From: Isurus oxyrinchus
Taxonomy: Eukaryota
DNA length: 64,000 bases
Assembly: GCA_026770705.1 (NCBI GenBank)
Contig: JANJGN010000071.1
Location: forward strand, 434,001 to 498,000
Direction of reading: 5' to 3'
Shown here: positions 11,299-22,554 of the stretch, one piece after another
How the letters are laid out: each line of letters opens with the position of its first letter
How positions within the stretch are numbered: the first letter of the stretch is position 1
The notes under the pieces: generated by a model
What the model was told of the DNA's origin: nothing
Seen by the model: the letters and a program-made list of their open reading frames with translations, nothing else
Databases searched by the model: none
Position numbers and translations under genes: made by a program

Positions 11299-13529
11299 AG
11301 GACGGTGAGTCTCAGGGAGGCTGGCCCAACCCCAGACGCAGCCGTCTCTGTGACCTGCTTCAACCCTGTTGGTCAGCAATGACAACATGAGTTGATGTTA
11401 GCCTGATATGTAGTGCATGGAGGGATATTACTCTCCAGGGTGTGTGTGCATCACAGTGCTCATTCACATGTGTTCCATGTGCACCTACATCAGCTGTGTA
11501 GACATACAAGCCTCAATGCTGCATCCGCGGAATGTACCATGTCTCACACCTTAGCTGCAGCACGACCCTTCCCTTGGAGCTCTGTGTGCTCGAGACATAT
11601 TTTGTTATTTTTTCCTGCCGTCTCTGTGTCCCCCGACCCGGGAGTGAAAATCCGGCCTTAACTTCCACTTTCTAGTGTCTGAGACAAGAGGCAATGAGTG
11701 AGTGGGCTGACGGTCAGGATTAATGCTGTTAATCTGTGTTTGAGGGGCTGTGAATTCTCGGGGGACTAGTTACTCTCTGAGCTGCAGCTTCCAAATCCTT
11801 ATTTGATGCCGTGCATATGGGGTTGGAAGATTCTTTTTAAAACCACAGGCAGTTCACAGAAACCCACAGGAAACCCACAGAGAGACAGTCACTGAGAAAG
11901 TCACTCACTCCTTGTGGTTTCACCTTTTAACCACATCCTGTCTGTGTGGCTTAAATGTTAAACACAGTGGCCACACTCAGGGAGGTTTCACTCTGTNNNN
12001 NNNNNNNNNNNNNNNNNNNNNNNNNNNNNNNNNNNNNNNNNNNNNNNNNNNNNNNNNNNNNNNNNNNNNNNNNNNNNNNNNNNNNNNNNNNNNNNNNNNN
12101 NNNNNNNNNNNNNNNNNNNNNNNNNNNNNNNNNNNNNNNNNNNNNNNNNNNNNNNNNNNNNNNNNNNNNNNNNNNNNNNNNNNNNNNNNNNNNNNNNNNN
12201 NNNNNNNNNNNNNNNNNNNNCAGACAGACACAAACACACACATTCACACACACACACATTCACTCACACACTCACTCACACACACAAACACACACACAAA
12301 GACAATATCCCAATGACAACAAACTGCGATTAAGAACTTCCTACAACTTAACTAAGAGACCAAAGACATATTGAACTGTCTAAAAGCGACCTGTTTTTCA
12401 AAGAAATACAAGATTGTACACAGATCAAAAATGGCTGACACAAGTCACCTGATTGCTGATACTGTGAAGTTGATCACTTCTCTGGAAAGGTTCAAATGAA
12501 TTGCACTGCAGACCTGTTGCATGGAAGTTCACGCCTGGGGTGTGTCAGGGTCCACTTCAAATAGAGACACTCTTAAAAGGAAGGCATTAAAATGTAAAGT
12601 GCTGGACTTTGATCAGCTGTAGTTCAATCAAAACATTGGGAACTGCTCACCAAGCGGATAATCATCAACCATTCAAAACCCCCTGTGGAGGATACAATAC
12701 CCCCGTCTCCTGTTGATTTATATCTTGAAATGCATCAAAGGTTTCAGAGATGCAAAATAAAAAAATGGGAATACTTGGTCTATAACAATGAATGCAAAAC
12801 ATGCTGATCGAATTGACTTCAGGGATATACAGACAGGAGTTTAACAAATGGTTCTGCCAAGCAGATATAAGAGAAAGGAGGGGAAAAAGAAATATGGCAG
12901 TCTTCCACAAACACTGCTGGAAAAGAGCAGAAATTCTCTCTCTCTCTCTCTCTCTCTTTCTGAAGCTAACAGCGCATCTTCAACAAAGTGCAAATCTGAA
13001 TCAAATCACCACCAGGATGCCACAGGAAACCAATTAACCTTGAACAGCTGCAAACGTCAACAATCTACACCTCAAAGACAAGCTATTGTATTAATCATAT
13101 ATTCTTTTAAATTTTTATTGGACTCTAACNNNNNNNNNNNNNNNNNNNNNNNNNNNNNNNNNNNNNNNNNNNNNNNNNNNNNNNNNNNNNNNNNNNNNNN
13201 NNNNNNNNNNNNNNNNNNNNNNNNNNNNNNNNNNNNNNNNNNNNNNNNNNNNNNNNNNNNNNNNNNNNNAGTGAGTGTGTGTCTGTCTATGTACCCTTGT
13301 GAGTGAGTGTGTGTGTGTGTGTACATGTGTGCGTGTGGATTGTTGCATCTTTATTATTAACGTTATTTAAAAATAGTGATCACACAAGCCTGGTTTCTAA
13401 GGAAATGAAACTGCAAACAATTTACAGTAAAGTGAAACGTACAGGAATAATCTATTTATTTTGAGCTGATGATATATAATTATACATGAGGCATGTTGCT
13501 AATTTCAAATGTCATCTGAAATATGGCAG

Positions 13530-13690
13530 GTCTGACAGTGCAGCACTCCCTCAGCACTGACCCTTTGAGAGTGCAGCACTCCTTCAGTACCGACCCTCCG
13601 ACAGTGCAGCACTCCCTCAGTACTTACCCTCTGACAGTGCAGCACGCCCTCAGTACTGATCCTCTGACAGTGCAGCACTCCCTCACCACT
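13530..13690. repeat. 33-bp minisatellite, short array
   Basis: Same unit as 6820-7640, opposite orientation. Confidence 0.85.
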
Positions 13691-13759
13691 CCCTCACTGG
13701 GGAGAATCTACCTGGGTTTTGAGCTGAAATCATGAGCAGGTCTTAAAACATTCTATATC

Positions 13760-15519
13760 AGAGAGAGAGAGAGTGTCTGAGAGACAGAGAGAGACCGAGA
13801 GACTGTGTGAGAGAGAAAAAGAGATAGAGAGAGTGTGTGCATGTGTGAGGGAGAGTGTTTGTATATGAGGGAGAGAGTGTGCATGTGATAATGTGTGAGA
13901 GAGAGTGTGTGGGAGAGAGCGTGTGTTTGTGACAGAGAGAGTGTGTGTGTGTGAGAGAGAGTGTGTGTGAGAGAGAGTGTGTGTGTGACAGAGAGTGTGT
14001 GTGTGTGTGAGAGAGAGTGTGTGTGAGAGAGCGTGTGTTTGTGACAGAGAGTGTGTGTGTGTGCGAGGGAGAGAAAGAGGGAGACAGCAGAAGAGCGAGA
14101 TGAAGAGAAATGTTACATGTTTGAGAGAGAGAGAATGTGTGTGTCTGAGAGAGAGAGTGTGTGTGTGTGAGAGAGAGTGTGTGCTTGACAGAAAGAGAGA
14201 TTGTGTTATTTTTAGGGAAAGTGTGTGAGTGTGTGAGAGAGTGTTTGTGTCTGAGAGAGAGAGAGAATGTATTTGAGGGAGGGAGACAGAGAGAATGTGT
14301 GTGTGAGAGAGAGAGAGATAGAGCAGAAGAGTGTGATAGAGAGAGATTGTGTTTGTTAGAGAGAGAAAGTGTGTGTGTGAGAGAGAGAGAGATAGAGCAG
14401 AAGAGTGTGATAGAGAGAGATTGTGAGTGTTAGAGAGAGAATGTGTGTGTGTGTGAGAGAGATAGAGCAGAAGAGTGTGATAGAGAGAGATTGTGAGTGT
14501 TAGAGAGAGAAGGTGTGTGTGTGAGAGAGAGAGAGATAGAGCAGAAGAGTGCGATAGAGAGAGATTGTGAGTGTTAGAGAGAGAATGTGTGTGTGTGTGT
14601 GAGAGAGATAGAGCAGAAGAGTGTGATAGAGAGAGATTGTGAGTGTTAGAGAGAGAAGGTGTGTGTGTGTGAGAGAGAGAGATAGAGCAGAAGAGTGTGA
14701 TAGAGAGAGATTGTGAGTGTTAGAGAGAGAATGTGTGTGTGAGAGAGAGAGAGATAGAGCAGAAGAGTGTGATAGAGAGAGATTGTGAGTGTTAGAGAGA
14801 GAATGTGTGTGTGTGAGAGAGAGAGAGATAGAGCAGAAGAGTGTGATAGAGAGAGATTGTGAGTGTTAGAGAGAGAATGTGTGTGTGTGAGAGAGAGAGA
14901 GAGAGCAGAAGAGTGTGATAGAGAGAGATTGTGTTTGTTAGAGAGAGAATGTGTGTGTGTGAGAGAGAGATAGAGCAGAAGAGTGTGATAGAGAGAGATT
15001 GTGTTTGTTAGAGAGAGAAAGTGTGTGTGTGAGAGAGAGAGAGACAGAGCAGAAGAGTGTGATAGAGAGAGATTGTGAATGTTAGAGAGAGAAAGTGTGT
15101 GTGTGTGAGAGAGATAGAGCAGAAGAGTGTGATAGAGAGAGATTGTGAGTGTTAGAGAGAGAATGTGTGTGTGAGAGAGAGAGAGATAGAGCAGAAGAGT
15201 GTGATAGAGAGAGATTGTGAGTGTTAGAGAGAGAATGTGTGTGTGTGAGAGAGAGAGAGATAGAGCAGAAGAGTGTGATAGAGAGAGATTGTGAATGTTA
15301 GAGAGAGAATGTGTGTGTGAGAGAGAGATAGAGCAGAAGAGTGTGATAGAGAGAGATTGTGAGTGTTAGAGAGAGAATGTGTGTGTGTGAGAGAGAGAGA
15401 GAGATCGAGCAGAGGAGTGTTTTAGAGAGAGATTGTGTTTGTTAGAGAGAGAATGTGTGTGTGTGAGAGAGAGATAGAGCAGAAGAGTGTGATAGAGATT
15501 GTGAGTGTTAGAGAGAGAA

Positions 15520-15550
<31 letters not shown>

Positions 15551-15870
15551 GCAGAAGAGTGCGATAGAGAGAGATTGTGAGTGTTAGAGAGAGAATGTGT
15601 GTGTGTGAGAGAGAGAGAGAGATAGAGCAGAAGAGTGTGATAGAGAGAGATTGTGAGTGTTAGAGAGAGAATGTGTGTGTGTGTGAGAGAGAGAGATAGA
15701 GCAGAAGAGTGTGATAGAGAGAGATTGTGAGTGTTAGAGAGAGAATGTGTGTGTGAGAGAGAGAGATAGAGCAGAAGAGTGCGATAGAGAGAGATTGTGA
15801 GTGTTAGAGAGAGAATGTGAGTGTGAGAGAGAGAGATAGAGCAGAAGAGTGCGATAGATAGATATTGTGA
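13760..15870. repeat. (GA)n/(GT)n tract grading into a ~60-70-bp compound satellite (gatagagcagaagagtgtgatagagagagattgtgagtgttagagagagaatgtgtgtgt...)
   Basis: More than 20 tandem units with variable internal microsatellite lengths. Confidence 0.95.
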
Positions 15871-16135
15871 GGGCTAAACTCACTGAGAGAAAAAGCTGGA
15901 CACCCAGCACAGGGAGTGAGGGAACAATGAATTTTTGCCGTGTTTGGTGAATTGGTTTGCGATGTCCCTTCTCAATCTCTCCTTCCTTGTCTTGACATTA
16001 GTTTATTCCCTGGGGCTGTTTAACTCACTGAAAGGTGCCATTTAACCACAAGTTGTTGTTTGAGGAAGAAACGCTGGGGACAATTTATGAAAAAGTCTCT
16101 GTCTTTATCATTTCCATTTAGATGAGGAACTGAAG

Positions 16136-16181
16136 ATGGGAGAGGTCGGTCTGATATTGATCTTCATCAGCTTGCTGCAAG
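16136..16181 (+). CDS. Gene B: signal-peptide exon (MGEVGLILIFISLLQ-G)
   Basis: Acceptor ttccatttag ending at 16121, ATG at 16136, CAA G|gtacaa donor; phase 1 joins the V exon in frame. Confidence 0.78.
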
Positions 16182-16499
16182 GTACAAATTCATTACTGAT
16201 CGGAACTCAGGGAATTGGATTCTTTCCTGGAGTGAGGAAGTGAACATTTAATTTTAGAGAACAAGGTTAGTGATCACACAGAGAGTGAGTGATTAGCGAG
16301 TCAGAGAATTTAGCAAAAGAAAAAGCCTCATACGGACTCGAAACACCAACTCTGTTTCTCTCTCCACAGATGCTGTCAGACCTGCTGAGTTTTTCCAGCA
16401 TTTTCTGTTTGTGCACCAGAGAGCTTGTTTCAATAGGAATGACAGTGCATTTATATAGCACCTTTAATGCAGTAAAACATCCTTATTGCTTCACAGGAT

Positions 16500-16960
16500 T
16501 CCCCCACAAGGGGTAACATCCCCTCAGCATCCACCCTGTCAAACCCCCCACCACCTCAGAATCTTATATGTTTCAATAAGATCACCTCTCATTCTTCTAA
16601 ACTCCAATGGATACAGGGCCCAACCTGCTCAACATTTCCTCATAAGACAAACCCCCTTCATCCCAGGAATCAGCCCAGTGATCCTCCTCTGAGCTGCCTC
16701 CAATGCAGAGTCTATCCCTCCCTAAGTAAGGAGACCAGAACTGTACACACTGCTCCTGATACAATCTCACCAACGCCCTGTGCAGCTGTTGCAAGACTTC
16801 CCTCCTTTTATACTCCATCCCTTTGCAATAAAGGCCAACATTCCACTTGCCTTCCTCATTCCGTGCTGTTTTTGAATGCTGACTTTCTGTGATTCATGTA
16901 CAAGGACACCCAGATCCCTTTGTTCCGCATTCTGCTGCCTCTCTCCATTGAAGTAATATT
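16500..16960 (-). mobile_element. CR1 LINE fragment
   Basis: MEYKRREVLQQLHRALVR...CVQFWSPYL on the - strand. Confidence 0.8.
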
Positions 16961-17001
16961 CTGCTTTTTGATGTCCTGTCTCTTCCCTTGTTGCCTTTCA
17001 G

Positions 17002-17303
17002 GAGTGACGTCAGAGGGATGGTCTATGAAGGCGCTGCCTCGGAGGGCCATCAGCAGCTCTTGTGTGGTTATTCCGTGTAGCTTTGACTTTCCTTCCCACT
17101 CTTACACAGCACTGCACGGAGCTTGGTATAAATATTGGTATAGATGGAAATATACCATCACATACACCAAAGATCCCAACTATGGGATGGCCACATTCGT
17201 GGGACGTGCTAAAATAATCGCCGACTTGGAAGGGAAGAATTGTTTGGTGAGGATTGACAGTCTCAGAGCTGAAGACAGTGACGTGTATTGCACCCAATTC
17301 TAA
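17002..17303 (+). pseudogene. Gene B: MAG/sialoadhesin-like V-set exon truncated by a Gypsy element
   Basis: cctttcag|GA GTG ACG; WSMK...SCVVIPCSFDFP...LHGAWY...FVGRAKIIADLEGKNCLVRIDSLRAEDSDVY, then gag-derived CTQF*; F-strand Arg, G strand and donor are missing. Confidence 0.85.
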
Positions 17304-18420
17304 ATCTTTTCACCAATTAGTCGACCTCATGAAGATGTGTTTTCAGCTGAAGCCGTGGGTAATAATGAAAAGGTTTAAGTTTAACTCCAGAGTAAGGGCC
17401 CAGGGAGAGTCCATCGCAACCTATACAGTGAAGTGGAAGCAGGTGACTGAGCACTGGGACCTCGGAGACACACTCAATGACATGTTGCGGGGCCGATTGG
17501 TTTGTGTTGTTCACCCCAACGCCATTCAGAGCCGTTTACTCACAGAAGCCGACATCAATTTGAAGCGCTCCATGAAAATAGCGCCAGGCATGGAAAGTGC
17601 TGGGAGAGACTGGCGGGATTTACAGGATGTACAACATGGCACCAGTCCTCAGCTGGGACAGGAAACAACCACCGGGCGTGAGGCTCAAACTGGAGAGAGA
17701 GAGAGAGAGAGACAGCCGCCAAGCGAGAGACAGTCTCTGCCGCTCCAGAAACTAAAAGGCTTCGTGGGAGTATTTCAGCAGCAACTCCGAAGTTGGTCTG
17801 TTCTCGATGTGGGGGGCATTGAGCACGTACTGGACACCTGCAGGTCCAAGGGGGCAGAATGCCATCACTGCCACAAGAAAGGGGCGGGTAATAAAGCAAT
17901 GCAGGGTGAAATCGAGACAGCCCATCAGGCAGTGCACCAACATGATGGAAGTGAATAATATCACAGAGCCTGAAGCTGCTGATACCGATGTCTATTCCCT
18001 GTCCAATGTCACAGTGGTAAAAACTGAACCTATAACCATCACAACCCAAGTGAATGGGCAGCCACTAGTAATGGGGCAGATACGGGAGCCTCAGACACAG
18101 TGGTGGAAGAGCCCACATTTAAACAGCTAAATGAAGGAACCCAGACGCTGAATTTAGAGCCAACAATGGATCAGCTGAAGACACACACTGGAGAATCCAT
18201 ACAGGGAAAGGACCTGGTCCCAGTACCTGTGTCCTACAGGCAGCAGACAGCCCAGCTTCCAGTGATCATAGCGACAGGTGAGGGCCCTAGTCTTCTGGGC
18301 CGAGACTGGTTCCAGAAAACCAAGCTCAGCTGCTCTGAAATGTTTCACTGGAGGAGTTGCTGAGTTGCTGGGGGAATATGAGAGTGTATCTCGGAATGAG
18401 TTTGAAGAATTGAAGCATCC
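17288..18420 (+). mobile_element. Degenerate Ty3/Gypsy gag-protease fragment (5' truncated)
   Basis: KSFHQLVDLMK...RFKFNSRVRAQGESIATY...DTLNDMLRGRLVC, CHHCHKKG zinc-knuckle remnant, GEGPSLLGRDW protease motif. Confidence 0.85.
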
Positions 18421-18654
18421 TCACAGGCTGCAAGTGTCCCTCAGGTCAGAGTTGGTTCCACTGGAAAATCCTGAAGAGAAAGAAAGCGAATTCTGTGCCG
18501 CTCTGAGCAAACTGAAGAAACAGTTGGCAGGGAAGACCCAACCATGTCCAATGTTCCAGGAGGAAGGCAAGAGATACAAGGAAGAGACTGAAGAGCTGAA
18601 GATTCCGCTGAATGAAACCAAAGAGGCAGTTACAGTATCACAACAAGTTTACAG

Positions 18655-19150
18655 TGCAGAAGGAGGCCATTCAGCCCGTCGAGCCTTTTACACAGGAACA
18701 GGAAGAGGCCCATTCAGCCCCCTCGAGACTGTTACACAGGAACAGAAGGGGGCCATTCAGCCCATTGAGCCTGTTACACAGATACAGGAAGAGGCCATTC
18801 AGCCTCCTCAAGACTGTTACACAGGAACAGGAGCAAGCCCATTCAGCCACTGATGTCTGTTACACAGGAACGGAAGGAGGCCCATTTAGCTCCTCAAGCC
18901 TGTTACACAGGAACTGGAGGAGGCCCATTCAGCCCCCTCGAGCCTGTTACACAAGAACAGGAGGAGGCCCATTCAGCCCCATTGATCCTGTTACACAGAA
19001 AAAGGACGAGGCCCATTCAGCCACTGATGCCCGTTACACAGGAACAGGAGGAGGCCATTCAGCCACTGATGCCCGTTACACAGAAACAGGAGGAGGCCAT
19101 TCAGCCACTGAAGCCCATTACACAGGAACAGGAGGAGGCCATTCAGCCCC
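18655..19150. repeat. ~42-bp minisatellite (tgttacacaggaacaggaggaggccattcagccactgatgcc)
   Basis: About 11 tandem units; unit resembles the reverse complement of the CR1 3' tail (compare 37950-37990). Confidence 0.85.
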
Positions 19151-19539
19151 TTGTAGGGTGTGGTGGTGTGTGTCAGCTTCACCTGCGACTTCTGAGCCGT
19201 CTGAATCGCTCCCACTCCCTGGGTTCTAGACCTTGGACTTATTCGGGGCTTGTCACAAAGTGCAGCAGACAACTGGTTTTGGTGCAAGACAAAAACTGAG
19301 TTTACTGAAGTCACAAATGAACTTCTAACATTAGGATGACACTGAGATTATACAGACTTACAAAGTACACTGAGTTAAGAATGGGGAACACATGGCATAA
19401 CGAGGGAGAATCACGCTACTAATGCCCTTACCCTTGTCCCACCCCCAAACCCTAACTAAATTGCACTAGGAGAGGTCAGGGGTCACGCTCACCAACCCAG
19501 GGTTCCTTGACAGTTGGAAATTTTGAGAAACCTTCAAGA

Positions 19540-19940
19540 GATGGGGAGGGTTACAGGGGCTGGAGGAGGTTACAGAGATAGGGAGGGTTGTAGGGGCTGG
19601 AGGAGGTTACAGAGATAAGGAGTGTTGTAGGGGCTGGAGGAGGTTACAGAGATAGGGAGGGTTGTAGGTGCTGGAAGCTGTTCCAGAGATAGGGAGGGTT
19701 GTAGGGGCTGGAGGAGGTTACAGGTATAGGGAGGGTTGTAGGGGCTGGAGGTTGTTACAGGGATAGGGAGGATTGTATGGGCTTGTGGAGGAGGTTACAG
19801 ATATAGGGAGGGTTGTGGGAGGTGGAGGAGGTTACAGAGATGGGGAGGATTGTAGGGGCTGGTGGAGGTTACAGAGATAGGGAGGGTTGTAGGGGCTGGA
19901 GGAAAGGGACAGAGAGAGGAGGTTACAGATATAGGGAGGG
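19540..19940. repeat. 37-bp L2-derived minisatellite
   Basis: tagggagggttgtaggggctggaggaggttacagaga units. Confidence 0.9.
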
Positions 19941-20087
19941 AGACAGTCAGAGAGAGAGCCTCCAGGAGATAGAGAGCGATAGAGAGATTGAGAGACAGAC
20001 AGAGACTGAGAGAGGGAGAAGAGAGAAGGAGAGTGAGAGAGAGACAGAACAAGTGTGAAAGATGGTGGAAGGGAAGAGTGGGGAGGT

Positions 20088-20442
20088 GGTGGCCTGATGG
20101 TATTTTCACTGGACCAGTAATCCAGAGACCCAGCGTAATGGTCCTGGGACCCTGGTTAGAATCTCACCACAGCAGTTGGTGGAATTTCAATTCAATAAAA
20201 ACCTGGAATTAAAAGTCCGATGATGACCAGGAAACCATTGCCGATTCTTGTATTTGGGTCACAAATGCCCTTTAGGGAGGGAAATCTGCTGTCCTTACCT
20301 GGTCTGGCCTACATGTGACTCCAGACCCACAGCAATGTGGTTCACTTTTAAAAAGTGGCCTCTGAACAAGGGCAATTAGGGTTGGGCAATAAATGCTGGC
20401 CTGGTCAGTGATGTCCACATCACATGAAAGAATGAAATAAAA
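20088..20442 (+). mobile_element. tRNA-derived SINE with a LINE-like 3' tail
   Basis: A-box-like tggcctgatgg, B-box-like ggttagaatctc; tail aagggcaattagggttgggcaataaatgctggcc shared with LINE ends at ~10305-10340 and ~59670-59705. Confidence 0.65.
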
Positions 20443-21029
20443 GGACAGAGAGGGACAGACAGAGTCGAGAGACACCCAGAATGAAAAAAACACAGTCAAC
20501 ACTGGAAAATAAACATTCTGGTCTGATCTGGTCTTGTATACCTTCAAATGGAACACCAGTAAAACAGGGAAATAAGAGTAATGGGCCAAACTGTTAGAGA
20601 GGGGCACATTTAGAGAGAGAGAGAGAGAGAGAAAGAGGGAGACACTGAAAGAGATAAGGACAAGGAAAGAAAGAGTGAGAGAGAGAGACAGACAGAGACA
20701 CACAAAGAAGTAGAAAGAAAGTGATAGAGATGAAGCAGGAGAGAATGAGGAGAAAGATAGATAGATAGAGAGAGAGGATGGTAGAGAAAGAGAACGAGAG
20801 GAAAAGAGACAAAGGCAGAATGTGATGGAACACTGAATCCTTGTCTATGCGTTTTGAAATCCAGCCCAGAACTATCATTGGAAGATTCAGCGAGTGTCCA
20901 GTACAGGGGACCCAGCCCAACCTTCTCATCCTGACCTTCCCAGTGGGGCTGAAGAGGGCAGAGAGGAAACCTTCCTCTGTTATTCTGTTGTCGAATAAAC
21001 ACAACAATTCTGGAACTCTGCCCTTTCTA

Positions 21030-21615
21030 TCTCACGGATTAGAATATAAGGGGGCAGAGGTCATGCTTCATGCAAAGCCCTGGCTAGACCACACCTGGAG
21101 TCACTGTGAGACATTCTGGGCCCCACACCTTAGGAAGGATATATTGACCTCGGAGGGAGAGCAGTGTCAGTTTACCAGAATGAGACCGGGACTCCAAGGG
21201 TTAAATCACAAGGAGAGATTAAACACAAACTCGGCTTGTATTCCCTGGAAGTTAGAATGTTAAGCAGGAGATTTGATGAAAGTTCGCATGATAATAAGGG
21301 GAACAGATCGGGGGCGATAAAGAGAAACCATTTCCCCTGGTTGGGGGGAGTCTGGGACTCGGGGTCAGAGCCTAAAAAGGAATTAAATTAGGAAGTACAA
21401 AGGGTGGGAGAAATTTGGAACTCTCTTCCCCAAACAGGAACTGATGCACGATCAAGTTGTTCATTTTAAACCTGTGAGACTGATAGATTTTTGTTATCCA
21501 AAGGTATTAAAGGAGATGGGACAAAGCCATATGGGGCTAGTTTGCAGATCAGCCATGATCTCATTGAATGGTGGAGCAGGCTCGAGGGGCCAAATGGCCT
21601 CCTCCTACCCTCATG
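21030..21615 (+). mobile_element. CR1 LINE 3' fragment
   Basis: GLEYKGAEVML...FWAPHLRKDIL and CR1 tail ggctcgaggggccaaatggcctcctcct. Confidence 0.8.
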
Positions 21616-21979
21616 TAATAGAAACTTACCTGTCAGAAGCCAGTTTATGTTGATGTGAGTCTGAGTCGATGACTGAACCCAGTTGGTAACTTGTTCCATA
21701 CAAAGCAAGAACGTTCATGCCCTTCAATGTTCCTGGATAAACCATGAACAAAGCTGGTGACAGACAGTCTCCACATGGTAAACAGTTAACCCCTAAACCT
21801 CAGCGTAAATCAGTTCCCCCTCGAGGCCCCTTGTCCGAAATAAAAGTAACGCACACAATTTGTAAAATAGTAAGTGTCTGGCAGGAAGGAGGAGCAATGA
21901 GAGGAGTAAGGGGTTAGGGGGCGTGCGCTTCACCTGATCTGCCGACATAAGAACCAGCCCCTATGTTTTTGCTATGTTG

Positions 21980-22195
21980 TGTTGCGTCAATATGAACACA
22001 TATTTGCACAAGGTGAAGGGCGTTGCGGAGGGACTGATAGTTCTCGGCGCCAGACAGTCAATGTCCCAGTGACCTTACTGCTGGTCCCAGGCCAGTGGGA
22101 CAGGGAACATCAACACTGCAATATCCAGAAATGGGTGTGATACCACACAGCTACCCACCCGCGGCTGTCCCCTTCAAGTGTTTCAGGTATAAGAG
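21980..22195 (+). promoter_or_regulatory. hamp: Hepcidin proximal promoter: C/EBP-like sites, BMP-responsive element, TATA box
   Basis: TTGCGTCAA 21982-21990, TTGCACAA 22004-22011, GGCGCC 22046-22051 abutting CAGAC (SMAD box), degenerate STAT-like TATCCAGAA 22122-22130, TATAAGA 22188-22194 about 75 nt before the ATG. Confidence 0.7.
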
Positions 22196-22264
22196 CAGGA
22201 AGCTCCTCTAGTTACAAACCAAAGCATCAAAGCAGAGCCAGAAGATCAGAAGAGACAGGCAGAG

Positions 22265-22356
22265 ATGGGAAGCTCCCAGATGAAATGGCGACTTGTCTTG
22301 TTCACTCTGACTTTGCTGCTCTCCCTGCAGCTGAGTCACTTCTTCTCCTTGTCGAG
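22265..22356 (+). CDS. hamp: Hepcidin-like exon 1 (signal peptide), apparent 1-nt deletion near 22340
   Basis: MGSSQMKWRLVLFTLTLLLSLQLSH then, after a frame shift, LLLVE|gttaag; 92 nt from the ATG to the donor where 93 are needed for a phase-0 join to exon 2. Confidence 0.75.
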
Positions 22357-22554
22357 GTTAAGCTAAGAGATGTCCCTCTGGGTGAGGTGTTTCTTGCACA
22401 TGACTCTACGTCTACCACCCAGATAGACTGGTCTCTTCCGCAGTTTGATATTATGTTCGTGCCTTTAATATTGTCGCCCTCTATGAATTTAACATCATTT
22501 CCTTCTGTCATTTCCCCTGAAATTCTCATTCTTGTTTTCAATCCCTCCTCAGCG

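Noticed and set aside
17002-17288. Assigning gene B or D to MAG, CD22 or SIGLEC1 specifically
   Set aside because: Family motifs are clear but orthology cannot be established without a phylogeny, so gene symbols are left blank
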